A stretch of DNA of 64,000 bases, from assembly GCA_951406725.2 (NCBI GenBank), contig OX597829.1:18352001-18416000 (forward strand). The letters run 5' to 3'. The notes below the pieces were generated by a model, which was given only the letters and a program-made list of their open reading frames with translations, was not told where the DNA came from and did no database searches. A program made the translations under genes and the position numbers. This DNA is from Octopus vulgaris (lineage: Eukaryota). Of the stretch, positions 1 to 14,081 are shown in pieces (within the stretch, counting starts at the first letter, position 1; each line of letters starts with the position of its first letter).

Positions 1-529
1 CTGCAATTTTACTATATTACTTCGCCCACTTCCTTATTTCTACCTTACCACTTTTACTCGTGTTACATCGCCATCTCCCATACTTTTTTTAAAAACCTTC
101 CCCGTCTATTTCACTGTCTGGTCGCGTGATTGCTTGTCACAAGCTGCTGACTATTTTATTGGTAGCTATTCCTTTCTCTTCTTCACTCTCTCACTCTGTG
201 TGTATGTTTATGTGTGTGTCTCACTCACTCACTCTCGTTTATTTAGCTATCTAATCTACTCTTTTCATGATAGTTTGTTTTCTTTTTCATATTTTTCAGT
301 AGAGCCATTACTTTCTCCTTGCAGTAAATGAACAAGGAAGATCAACCAATGAAAAAAAGGTTGACATGTGACTCCACGATATATGCGTGCGTGCCTGTGT
401 GTGAATGAGAGTTGTGTGTGTGTGTGCGCGCGTTTGTGTATGTGTGTGTGTGAGAGAGAGAAAGTGCGACATCATGAAGTCACATGTCAGGTTTTCCGTT
501 GGTTGGTTTATCCCTGTTCTGTCACTAGG

Positions 530-739
<210 letters not shown>

Positions 740-1091
740 GCATACATACATAGAGAAAGATGTTAATTTATGTCGCATAAATGAGAATATATTACGCACT
801 ATAAAGCCATTTATACCCAGTTTTATGTTTTAAAAACACAAAATTACACACACACACACGTACATTCTTTAATTAAAATAATTCTCGTGTCTGTGTATGT
901 AGTTTCAGCAAAGCGCCAATGCAATCAAAGTCTCTTACATTGCTAAGCACAACGACAAAAGAGAGGGCAAAGCAACACAAAGAGAGAGAGAGGGGGAGGA
1001 GGAGGAGGAGGAGAATGATGTCAGTAGGGGGAAAAGGTGTTTAACATGATCGAAGCTTTAGGAAAGCATAGGTTAAAAGTTCGTGTCTGTA

Positions 1092-1132
<41 letters not shown>

Positions 1133-2001
1133 AAAAGAGAGAGAGAGAGTGCGTTTCTCTGTCTGTTATGTATGTCTGAGACAATCACTTACATGCACAA
1201 ACACACACACACACAGTCCTTCCAACCAACATGCATCCACGAAATTTCCATCACCCTCTTCCTCACCGCTACCCCCACTCTCCTCTCCTCCCTCCCCCAC
1301 CACACACACACACACACACACAGGAAGACAGTAGCAAATAATGGGCAACGCTCAACTTCTTCACTTGGCCTGTCTCTCTCTCTCTCTCCCTCCTTCCCCA
1401 GTACTTTATATATAAGCGTATGCGTATGTGTACGTCTGTACATGTGTGTGTGTATGTAGTTCAGGTGTGTGAATGTGTGTGCGTGTCTGTGTGTTAGTAA
1501 TTCGCTGGTAAAAAAAATAGAAATGAGTTTGACTCATTTCACTGATCGCTTATGAGATTTCCTGGGTGCTATCTTTAAGAGAGCGTGTTAGTTCTAGTGT
1601 GTGTGGTAGGGTGTCGGCGGAGGCGCTGTGAAGATTGGCAAAATTGGACAGAAGGGTGTGGATGTGCGCGGACAAGTTACCGTGTGTGCGTATGTGAGAC
1701 AATAATTAACGGTCTTAACAAAATTCTAAAACAAGTTAAAACTATCCTTATTAGAAATGGTCTTCTACCTTTGCAAATATTTTCGTCACGAATCGATTGG
1801 GAGCTTCTACGTAGTCGATTGACATGCTAGAAATACCAGCCCAATCTCACATTCAATCGTCTTAAACGAAGGAGGGAGGGATTCGTTTCCCAATAGAAAC
1901 AAGTTCTGGTTGTATGACTAAGAAGTTTGCTTCACGACTGCGGTTTCGATGTCAGGGTGTGGCAGTTCGGACATTTGTCTTCTATCAAAGAGTTAGGTTA
2001 A

Positions 2002-2061
<60 letters not shown>

Positions 2062-2094
2062 TATATAAATTATATTATTATTATTATATATTGC

Positions 2095-2287
2095 TTTAAA
2101 ATTTTGGCATAACGCCACTAAGTTCGTGTGAGGAGAGTAAGTTGATTACATCGTCCCCCCCCCCCAGTATTCAATTGGTACTACTTTTATCGACCCCGAA
2201 AAGATGAAAGGCAAAATCGCCCCCAGCAGAATTTGAACTCAGAACGTACACGAACGAAATGCCGCCAAGCATTCTGCCAACATGCCG

Positions 2288-2290
<3 letters not shown>
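2095..2290 (-). mobile_element. tRNA-like SINE family B, diverged copy
   Basis: Shares ttatcgaccccgaaa.gatgaaaggcaaa.tcg.cc.c.gc.gaatttgaactcagaacgta with the copies at 19062 and 20604. Confidence 0.7.
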
Positions 2291-2327
<37 letters not shown>

Positions 2328-2333
<6 letters not shown>

Positions 2334-2576
2334 AAATAGAAAGATGAATAATCTTGTAGCAGATTAATCAAAAGTTTAACCGATACCTTGGTAGCAAAAA
2401 TCACAGCAGTAGACAGCACGGTTGGAGATAAAACCATATGGTGTTGCAACCGTGCGTTGGTGTGGATAATTGAATTTTAATATTACTGGTGAATTGAAGA
2501 AATGGAGCTGAACGAAGATTGAACAGAAACGATTTCTGTTCAATCTTCGTTCAGCTCCATTTCTTCAATTCACCAG

Positions 2577-2583
<7 letters not shown>
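2328..2583. mobile_element. Short fold-back element in (TA)n (family D), probably non-autonomous PLE-type
   Basis: Flanked by TA runs. It ends in a perfect ~50-bp inverted repeat with a 3-nt loop (cga). A second copy lies at 30718-30912. Confidence 0.65.
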
Positions 2584-2636
<53 letters not shown>

Positions 2637-3301
2637 GTATGCATATATATATATAAATAATACATATATATTATATACCTACATGAATGTATTATATTAT
2701 ATACATGCATGTTTATATATATATATATCGTCTAAAAGACAAAAATGTGGGGCAATGGTGTTTTACGAAAGAAATTTCTTCGTGTCGGGTTATACACATA
2801 TTTCCTTGTTGGTATCGCCGCCAGAATTGCACAGATCTTGTGATTGGAACATTGAAAAACCTGCTTCTGTTACCAACGACATTATTTATTCACAGTTTGC
2901 TTATTATATTACATAGCTACCACGTTCCACTTTTACTGTCGCATCGGGAACAGCTTCGATCGATCGATCGGCAAGGGCGAAAACGAGCAAAAACCATTAA
3001 TTACTCTTTTCACGGAAAATAAGTAGGAAAACTAAATTTCGGCGAACGTAGTTCGCGCGCGACGCGTTTTCCATTATTGACTAGAGTACTTTTAGAATCA
3101 TCATACTGTTCCGATTCTAAAAAAAAGTGTGTGTGTGTGAAGGAGGGGCGGGGCTTATTGTATGTGCAAATGCGCACACACAAGAGAAATATGGAAATAT
3201 AAATTAGTTTGCGTGCTTTTATTATCTGATTTCATCTATTGATCAATCATTGTTAACACACACACACACGTATGTATGCGGGTATGTATATACATACATG
3301 C

Positions 3302-3332
<31 letters not shown>

Positions 3333-3405
3333 CAAACATAGTCGCCATGATAGATCGTTAGCCACTACACACATTTTTTTTCTCTCCTTGTTTTTTGCTG
3401 TGTCC

Positions 3406-3441
3406 CTTTCTGTAGAAGAGCGTAGGCTCGAAACGTAAAAG
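3406..3441 (+). ncRNA. Minimal type-I hammerhead-like motif, A6U core variant
   Basis: cttt-CTGTAGA-A-GAGC(gtag)GCTC-GAAA-CG-TA-aaag: 4-bp stem I, 4-bp stem II and palindromic ACGT stem III. Confidence 0.55.
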
Positions 3442-3606
3442 ACTTTTTCTATTCCTGAGCGTTATACTAATACATCTGTTTGTTTTGTACACCACCTGTC
3501 TTCGTCTTTTGGTTTTTTTTTTCGTAAACTCTCCCCATATATGCAAACATACATACATGGATTTATCTGTACGCATCCATAAATGCATATATATTTCATA
3601 TATTTT

Positions 3607-3644
3607 CGTTTCTGTAGAAGAGCGTAAGCTCGAAAAGTCGAAGA
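3607..3644 (+). ncRNA. Degenerate minimal hammerhead-like motif (family A)
   Basis: CTGTAGA-A-GAGC(gtaa)GCTC-GAAA-AG-TC. Stems I and III are weakened. Confidence 0.35.
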
Positions 3645-4098
3645 TGCTCTCATTTTTCCAGAGCGTGAAACTAATACATCTCGTTTGTTGCTCTTCACCT
3701 TTCGTTTGCTTTTCTTTTTCTTTTTTTTTTTTTGGTAAAATTTTGAACTACACACTTACACACACATTCATATATATTCCTGTTCTTTCTTCTAAGCCCA
3801 AAGACTCTAAGCAGCAGAATTCACCAGGGTGCTTGTATTGTGACAGTGACAGAGCGGATAATAATAATTGCCATCTAATTAACTGACGCTCTCCTTCATC
3901 TGCGGATTAAGATAGATGCAACTCTAGCCCCCACCCAGCACACACACACACGCACGCTCCCTCTAGTGATCGCATCTTTTCGGTTCCCAACTCATGCTTC
4001 ATACAGTTGATTGCGAGATAATTATATCTGTCAAACATGCGCCTCACGCCTTAGCGCATTCACATGCCAGCTTACATGGACGTATAATTGCGCGCGCG

Positions 4099-4151
<53 letters not shown>

Positions 4152-4439
4152 TGTGTGCAGATGTCTTTTATCTTTTGTTAGTCTGAGTCATTAGACTGCA
4201 GCCATGCTGGGGGACCGACTTTAAGAATATTAGTCGAACGAATCAAGCCCAGTACTTTACGTATATATATATTCTTATGAATTAACCCCGAAATTGGGAC
4301 CAATACGGTAATAACGGATTTTTTAGAAATGTCTATCGGTTTGTTTCGAGACGCATAAATTATAATGGTTATTTGACAATTTTTGTCTTTTTCGGCATAT
4401 TTGGCATTAGAATTTTTCTTTTGCCCTTATCTTGTAAAT

Positions 4440-4478
<39 letters not shown>

Positions 4479-5659
4479 GTGTGTGCATGTATATGTATGC
4501 ATGTGTGTGTATATATGTATGTTTGTATATAGGTATGCATGTATGTATATATATATATAATAAGGAGAGGTTTATGCCTTTATGTATATGTATATATATA
4601 TATATGTATGTATAAGTATACATATATATTCCATCTTCTGTCTTTCATTTACTATATATACATATATGTGTGTGTATGTCTATATATATGTATATATATA
4701 TATATATGTATATACATATATAAATACACATATATATGTGTATATATACATATATATATATGTATAAGTATACATATATATTACATCTTCTGTCTTTCAT
4801 TTGCTATATACACACATATACACACATGTATATAAGTTTATTATATTACCAAAAATTATAATGGGTAATCATCAAAAACTGACATGGCTTTTTTTTTTAT
4901 TTATTTATTGTGTTTGCTTATATTATTCATTTACTTATTGTGGTTTTATTTTGTTCAATCGCTTCCACATATTACATTCTCGCTGTGTAGTACAAGTCAC
5001 GTACTGCTGGTTAATGGTTATTGATTACGTTCAAAATGTAATATTATGACATTTTTCTTCCTCTATTCCGTATTCTTAGCCTTAAAACTTCCTCTTTCTC
5101 TAGTTTTTTTTTCCTTTTCCATTTTTTCTTTCTGTCTTTCTTTCTTTCTTATTTCTCCCCCCCCCCGCCACACATTTTTCTCTGTTTTCTTCCCAACCCA
5201 GTCACCCAAAATTGTGATTTCTGTTTTTTTAAGCCTAGCAATTTTGATCCCTATTCCTGTTCACCGTATGTGTGTGTGTGTGCGTGCGCATGCATGTGTC
5301 TCTGTGTTCTGCGACCAGGCATTGGTCAGTAACGTTTTGGGAGAATATCGGATGATTCCAAATTAAAGACGTTTTTTTTTTTGTTTTTTTTTTAAGTGAA
5401 TTAATTACACTTAAGTGAATTAATTACACTTAAGTCCAATAATGAATTGTAGAATATTGCCCTATGTGTGCAAGCTTTATTTTTTTCGGGTTCATTTATG
5501 TTTCTTTCGGGAAGGGACGAATGGAGGAGGAGGAGGAGGGGGAAGGAAAAAGAAGAGGAAGGTTAAAAAAGAGAAAAAAATGAAAAAGAGGAAAAGAAGG
5601 AAAAAGAAGATGGAATAAAAAGAGGGAAAAAAAATGAAAAGGAAGGTTAAAAAAGAAAA

Positions 5660-5857
5660 GTGAAGAAGATGAAGAAGAAGAAAAAAAGAAGACGAAGAAG
5701 AAGAAGAAGAAGAAGAAGAAGAAGAAGAAGAAGAAGAAGAAGAAGAAGAAGAAGAAGAAGAAGAAGAAGAAAAGAAGAAGAAGAAGAAGAAGAAGACGAA
5801 GAAGAATAAGACGAAGACAAAGAAGAAGAAGAAGAAGAAGAAGAAGAAGAAGAAGAA
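5660..5857. repeat. (AAG)n microsatellite
   Basis: Long GAA triplet run. Confidence 0.95.
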
Positions 5858-6532
5858 ATTAGAAAGATTCTCACATTGATTTAATAGAGCTGGTTTCTCT
5901 TTCGGAATAAACGAGAGAGTGACACTCGCACGCACACACACACACACACACGCATACACACACACACACACACATACACACACACACACTAAAGAAAATT
6001 CTATTCACGTGATGTTGAGTTAGTTGCATTTTCTGTCAGAAAATGAAACAAAAGTCCACAGTAGAGTAGGGGGGGGGGAAGCTTAGCAAAAACTAAACAA
6101 GAAGAGACAAACAAAGAAAAATTTAAGGTAAAACGAATCCGGAGTGAAAGTAAGAAGAGAAAGTAGAGAGACACTAGCACACACACACACACGTACACAC
6201 ACACACACGTACGCACAAACACACGCACGCACACACACACACACGTACACACACACACACAGATCGCGCTCTCAAAACATGGAGGTATTGTGTTTGTGGT
6301 GGGATGAGAGATTAAAACAAAAGGCAAAGCTAAAAACTGCTGGGTGTGCCAACTTTCTATATAAAAGAAAAGGATTTAAAATTGGGAGACTAAACCCCAC
6401 CTCCCTCTTTTTTTTTTTTTTTTATTATCTTCAGTTAGTATATCAGACGTGACAAAAAGAAAAACAAGTTTGGTTTTTTTTTTTTTTTTTAAAATAAAAT
6501 TTTTTCAAAATGTTAGAAAAATGAAAATTATT

Positions 6533-6570
<38 letters not shown>

Positions 6571-7071
6571 CAACAGAAAGAAGCAAAAGAAAATCTTGTA
6601 AGAATTCAAACAAAAACGAAGTTAGCATTTTAGTAATATTATTAATATGATGATTAGAATAGCGATAAATTTCTGTTTATTATTATTATTATTATTTTTT
6701 CTTTCTATAAAACACAATTGCAATTATTTAGTAAAATAGAATTTTTTTGATAATGGCAAAAGAAATAGACTCAAAGAACTGCAGTATCATTAAGAATTAT
6801 GTATATGCACATATGAGTGAGTGTATATGTGTGTCCATGCATACACACACACACACAGATACATATTCAGGCACACACATACACACACTATATACATATA
6901 TTAATATATATATATATATATGTGTGTGTGCATAGATACTGAATCACTTATACCTAATAAAAATAATCGGTTTCTCTTTACACAGAGCACTTATCCTCCT
7001 GTTCATACATACACACACACACAATGTGTGTGTATGTATGTATGTGTGTATATATATATATACATACATAT

Positions 7072-7104
<33 letters not shown>

Positions 7105-7263
7105 CATATATAGATATAGATATATATGCAGATACATATATATATATATATATGTGTGTTTATACAGACACACACATATATATATATAGATAGATATATA
7201 TGCAGATACATACATACATGCATATATATATGTGTGTGTGTGTATACAGACACACACGTACAT

Positions 7264-7323
<60 letters not shown>

Positions 7324-7454
7324 ACATACATACATAAATACATCCATACATACATGCATGCATACATATATACATACATACATACACACTTGTATCAAGA
7401 TAATTTTTTAAAAATGAATAACAACAACCATAATAGTGATGATAACAACAGCAG

Positions 7455-7617
<163 letters not shown>

Positions 7618-8029
7618 TAATAGTCAAGTTATTGTAGTAGAATTCAATAAACAACAAGAAACATAAAAATCTGATTACTGAAAGAAAACGATATTAATTG
7701 AAGTCGAAAGAGAGAGAGAGATGAGAAAAGCAAAGATTAGAGTTTACAACAGTTTCTCATCAGATGGAACTCGTAAATCTTATAACGTCTATGTTCTTAT
7801 CATTTGTCATTTATCATGCGTGCATGCGTGCGAGTGAGTGAGTGAGTGAGTAAGTGCGCGCGTGTGTGTGTGTGTGTGTGTATGTGTGCTTAGGTCGGGG
7901 GTTCGATTCTTACTGTATGACACCTTGGGAAAGTGTCTTTTTTTCTTTTCTTTTTTACTATGCCTTCTTGTTCATCACTAACTTGTAAGTGGAAATATAG
8001 TTGTCGGAAACTGTACAGAAGCCCGTCAT

Positions 8030-8688
<659 letters not shown>

Positions 8689-8757
8689 TGCACCAGTGTG
8701 GCCACAGCTCACTGTGTCGAACTAGTAAAAGAATTTAACAAAAAAAAAAGTGTGTAG

Positions 8758-8791
<34 letters not shown>

Positions 8792-9274
8792 ATGAAATTA
8801 TAAATTGATTGTAGTTCTCACCGGGTTTTCTGTGGCAAAAATGAGAAAAGTTGACCTTTTGCAAAGAAAATTTGCTAAGGGATGTGCGTTGATAAAGAGG
8901 AGAAGAGTGCAGCGAACGACGTGTGACTCTGTCGGAAAGAAAAAGGCGACTGATGAAGTGAGTCTGCTTTGCAGCGGTAGTATCAGCAGCAGCAGCGGTG
9001 GCAGCAACAGCAGCAGCAGCAGCAGCAGCACGACCAAGGCAGGCAGGCAGGCAGACAGACAGGCAGGCAGACAGACAGGACAAGTCGGAAGGAAGATAAA
9101 GTGCCAAGAACACAACTCGTTACTAGACGGACCTGGCTCCTGCCTTTATTTACCCCACTCCCACTGCTACTCCTTCTCTCCCATTCATCCTCTCTCTCTC
9201 ATTCTCTCTCTCTCTCTCTCTCTCAGCTCAAAATTCTATTGTAATTTTTCTCTCCTCGTCTCCTGATTGTTTGT

Positions 9275-9305
<31 letters not shown>

Positions 9306-9370
9306 TTTGTTTCGGTTCTTTTCCTTCATTTTTTTTTGTGCATTTTTTTGTTTTTCTTTCGTCATTCTTG

Positions 9371-9409
<39 letters not shown>

Positions 9410-9496
9410 ACTCTTACCCACCCACCCATTAACCCCATAGGTTTTACCGTTCCAAAACTTGAATTATTAGTTACTTTATTCCTTTCGATCATTCTT

Positions 9497-9532
<36 letters not shown>

Positions 9533-9536
<4 letters not shown>

Positions 9537-9754
9537 TACTCTTTTACTTGTTTCAGTCATGTGACTGCGGCCATGCTGGAGCACCGCCTTTAATCGAGCA
9601 AATCGACTCCAGGACTTATTCTTTGTAAGCCCAGTACTTATTCTATTGGTCTCTTTTGCCGAAACCGCTAAGTGACGGGGACATAAACACACCAGCATCG
9701 GTTGTCAAGCGATGTTGGGGGGACAAACACAGACACACAAACATATACACACAC

Positions 9755-9801
<47 letters not shown>

Positions 9802-9967
9802 TACGACGGGCTTCTTTCAGTTTCCGTCTACCAAATCCACTCACGAGGCTTTGGTCGGCCCGAGGCTATAGTGGAAGACACTTGCCCAAGGTGCCACGCA
9901 GTGGGACTGAACCCGGAACCATGTGGTTGGTAAACAAGCTACTTACCACACAGCCACTCCTGCGCCT
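9533..9967 (-). mobile_element. tRNA-derived SINE family A (octopus OR/OK-type, CORE-like middle), full length
   Basis: Minus strand begins ggcgcaggagtggctgtgtggtaag (A box) and ggttcagtccc (B box). These are followed by ccttgggcaagtg (CORE-like), an internal TA/CA tract and a 3' tail ending in (aagagta)n. Confidence 0.9.
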
Positions 9968-10944
9968 ATCTATCTATCTCTCTTATTTCTCCGATCCTCT
10001 TTTTCTTTTCTTTCTTTTTTCTTTTTTTTTTTTGCTTTTCTCCCCCCACACCACCCCACCCACCCACACCCTATCGTTCTTCTATCTGTTCTTCCTTTTC
10101 ATCCATATCTTCCTTTACTCCTTCCTCTCTGTATTTCGTCCCCCCCCCCAACACACACACACACACACACACACATACAAGCACATACACACACACACAC
10201 AAACTTCACCAGTTTTCCATCTCCATGTGTCTCAAACTTTGGATTTTTACCTATTTTTTCCGCCCCCCCCCCCCTTTTGGTTTCCCAGTATCTTTATTTT
10301 TCTCCTCATTTTTTGCTTGTTTATTTATTTGTTTGTTTCGTTTCCCCCCCCCCCATTTTATTTTGTATTTTTTCGTTTTCGTTTTGTCATTTTTGCTCTC
10401 CATTACATTTTCATAATTTCTCCATCTCTATTACATGTGTCTCTAACTTTGGATTTTGCCTATCTTTTTTCCTTTTTGGCTTCCCAACATCTTCATTTTT
10501 TCACCTTTTTCATTATATTCCCCACGTTCCCCCCACTTTTTTTTTTTTTCAGTCATTCTACTGGCCATTCTTTCTTCTCGTCCTTTTTCGTATCGTCTCT
10601 TATTCTTCTTCCTGTCATCATTTTCCATTTAGTCTTTCCTTAAATCTGTTTCTCTCTTCAAACGTTGTGCACACACTCAAACCAGAAGTATACGCAACCT
10701 ACATCAAAATTGTTCTTGCCGTTATTGTCCCTGTGGCCGTAGTTGTTTGACCACAGGACAGTCCGCATCATTCAGTCCTATGGTCAAAATTATTCCACTC
10801 ATGAGTATTCTTCACTCTTTTATTATTTTTTTTTAAGCACTGTGCTCTTCTTTTCTGACGGTAATTTATTTCGGAGGATTTGACTGTTGTTTCTAGCCAG
10901 CGCATTTTTTCTTCCTTCCTTCCCCTGAAAATTATCTTTACTTA

Positions 10945-11368
10945 CTCTTTTACTCTTTTACTTGTTTCAGTCATTTGACTGCGGCCATGCTGGAGCACCG
11001 CCTTTAATCGAGCAACTCGACCCCGGGACTTATTCTTTGTAAGCCCAGTACTTATTCGATCGGTCTCTTTTGCCGAACCGCTAAGTGGCGGGAACATAAA
11101 CACACCAGCATCGGTTGTCAAGCAATGCTAGGGGGACAAACACAGACACACAAACACAGACACACAAACATACACGCACACACACATATATATATACATA
11201 TATACGACAGGCTTCTTTCAGTTTCCGTCTACCAAATCCACTCACAAGGCTTTGGTCGGCCCGAGGCTATAGTAGAAGACACTTGCCCAAGGTGCCACGC
11301 AGTGGGACTGAACCCAGAACCATGTAGTTCGTAAGCAAGCTACTTACCACACAGCCACTCCTGCGCCT
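10945..11368 (-). mobile_element. SINE family A, full length, flanked by ~144-bp direct repeats
   Basis: Same structure as 9533-9967. Flanks 10801-10944 and 11369-11509 are near-identical. Confidence 0.9.
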
Positions 11369-11551
11369 ATGAGTATTCTTCACTCTTTTATTTTTTTTTA
11401 AGCACTGTGCTCTTCTTTTCTGACGGTAATTTATTTCGAAGGATTTGACTGTTGTTTCTAGCCACCGCATTTTTTCTTCCTTCCTTTCCCTGAAAATTAT
11501 CTTTACTTAGTAATAAAGGATTTTTTTTTTTTTTGGTTGGGGGTTTCGTGT

Positions 11552-11952
11552 TTTACTCTTTTACTCGTTTCAATCATTTGACTGCGGCCATGCTGGAGCA
11601 CCGCCTTTAGTCAAGCAAATCGACCCCAAGACTTAATCTTTGGAAGCCTTGTACTTATTCTGTCGGTTCCTTTGCCGCTAAGTTACGGGGACGTAAACAT
11701 ACCAGCATCGGTTGTCAAGCGATGTTGTAGATAGAAAAATGTTGGTGGGGGGGGAGACAAACACAGATTCACAAACATATACATATATACGACGGGATTC
11801 TTTCAGTTTCCGTCTACCAAATCCACTCACAAGGCTTTGGTCGACTCGAGGCTATAGTAGAAGACACTTGCCCAAGATGCCACGCAGTGGGACTGAACCC
11901 GGAACCATGTGGTTGGTAAGCAAGCTACTTACTACACAGCCACTCCTGCACC
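11552..11952 (-). mobile_element. SINE family A
   Basis: Head, body and tail align with the other copies. Confidence 0.9.
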
Positions 11953-12102
11953 TGATAGAATCGATAAAAGAAAATTTCCTGAAGTTATTTAATTTATTGC
12001 CAATTTTATTGCCAAAATAAAGCAACTACAATAAAACGGTGTTCAGAGCTACACAAATACAGTAGTTTCATACATGCATACATACATACATACATACATA
12101 CA

Positions 12103-12150
<48 letters not shown>

Positions 12151-14060
12151 AGTTAGAGATAAAACCAATAGGTAACTCAAACAGTGATAGACATAAACCA
12201 AAACATAAAAAACAAAAAAATAGATATGATATAATATACATATATATAAAATATAAAATTTGAAATTTAAATTATTAAAATTTTTAATTTTTTAATTTAT
12301 ACTTTTAAATTTTTTAATTTTTTAATTTTTTAATTTTTAAACTTTAAAATTAAAAAAATTTTTTTAATAACTAACCAAAAGGTATAAAAAAAATTAAATA
12401 TAACATAATAAGTAAAAACACTACGTATGTTTCGTGGCTATAATTCAATTCGAATTAAGTTTAAATTCAATTGAAAATTCGAATTAAAATTATAGTCAAT
12501 CTTCAGGTTAATGATAATAGTTAAATAAATAAGCAAATAGAGTTAAACAATATTTTTAAAGAAATAAATAAAATAATAATTTTTCTTATAAAAAAACTCT
12601 ATTATCTAAATTAGAAACTTAAAACATTAGGATTATGTCATACAATCCATTTATTATGTTAAATATTAATTTTTAAGGTAAAAAAAATAGATAGAAAAAT
12701 GTATTTATCTATTAAGATATAATATGGCTTTAAAAAACATAATAAACTCTCGAATATCCTTAACTCAGTTATAGTCCAATATCTAATTACCAAATTATTT
12801 AACAAAATAATCACTATTCATATTTTTAAATTTAAGTTCACATCTAATATTTATAAAATATTTAAAAATAATAACTAAATTATTATCAAAAAATATAATA
12901 ATTAAAATCTAAAATTTACTCTATATATAATTATATAGACATATAATGAAGAATAAATTAATTAATTAGTCCATTATTACTTACGTAAATTTTAAATATC
13001 AATATAATATATTTATGAAATATATTAAAAAATCAAAGATCAAAAAGCAAATTATAAACGTATAACCCATCCCAAAAGAACCGCACAACTACTCAACGAT
13101 CTATACATTTCGTTGACCAAGCAACAACTCACAAACAACGCACAGCTACAATCCAACAATGAAACACATACCCTCAACAACCAAACAATTACAGAATCAA
13201 ATTAACAATCAGTAGTTATATAGTATCCAATACAAAACAATAAAACTTATTAAAATAAATTTAATAGAAAAGTTTTACTTAGCTTTCAAAAATCGTGTCA
13301 TTAACTAAAATTATAATAAACAGATGGAAAATTCTTTTTACAATGAAAACTACGAATATATTTTATCAATGAAAATTACATATCTATGAAGATATGGCTT
13401 AAAAAGCATAATAAACTCACGAATATCCTTAACTCAGTTATAGTCCAATATTTAATTACCAAATTATTTATCAGTAGTTATATAGTGTACAATATAATAC
13501 AATAAACCTTATTAAAATACTTTAAAATCTTAAATAAAATGGTTTACTTAGGTTTCCAAAGTCGTGTCATGAACTAAAATTTTAAAACGGAAAACGTCTT
13601 TTAACCGTTTATAAGAATAATCGTGGAATTACGTTATTAACAGAAATAGAATAAACAGATGAAAAATTCTTTTATCAATGAAAACTACGAATACATTTTA
13701 TCAATGAAAATTATGAATAAATATTGTCAATGGAAACAGCTATAGTTTAGCTATAAAAGGTAAAGATAACAAAGTCACTATTAGAGAATAAAACCACTAT
13801 ATACTATAAAATTTATAAAATATAAATTTAACAATTTTAAATTTTAATAATTTAAATTTTAAATTTTATATTTTATATATATATTATATATTATAGTATA
13901 TTATATTTATTTTTTTGTTTTTTATGTTTTGGTTTATGTCTATCACTGTTTGAGTTACCTAATAGTGGTTTTCTCTCTAATTTAATTTATATTTATACTG
14001 TGAAATTTGATTTAATCCTAAATCTGATTTTTCCCTGTAAGTTTGGATATACTCCCTATT
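12151..14060 (-). mobile_element. Very AT-rich PLE-like element with ~160-bp inverted termini and internal duplications
   Basis: 12153-12310 is the reverse complement of 13805-13980. Internal direct repeats lie at 12715-12800/13390-13470 and 13208-13380/13470-13720. There is a hammerhead on the minus strand, and the left end abuts (TA)n. Confidence 0.6.
12415..12510 (-). ncRNA. Type-I hammerhead-like motif with long stem II
   Basis: Minus strand: CTGAAGA (12506-12500), a long hairpin tgactataatt...aattatagcca, then GAAA-CATACG-TA. Stem I is weak. Confidence 0.55.
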
Positions 14061-14081
14061 ATTATTATTATTATTATTATT

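Larger units (their letters stand above)
3340..3745 (+). mobile_element. PLE-type terminal repeat (family A), one copy plus a diverged partial copy
   Basis: 3340-3540 matches 53385-53580. 3600-3745 is a diverged partial copy. Each carries a hammerhead-like motif. Confidence 0.65.

Noticed and set aside
12151-13980. NUMT or mitochondrial control region
   Set aside because: No mitochondrial tRNA or CDS is visible. Inverted termini and the hammerhead fit a PLE derivative better, though BLAST was not possible.
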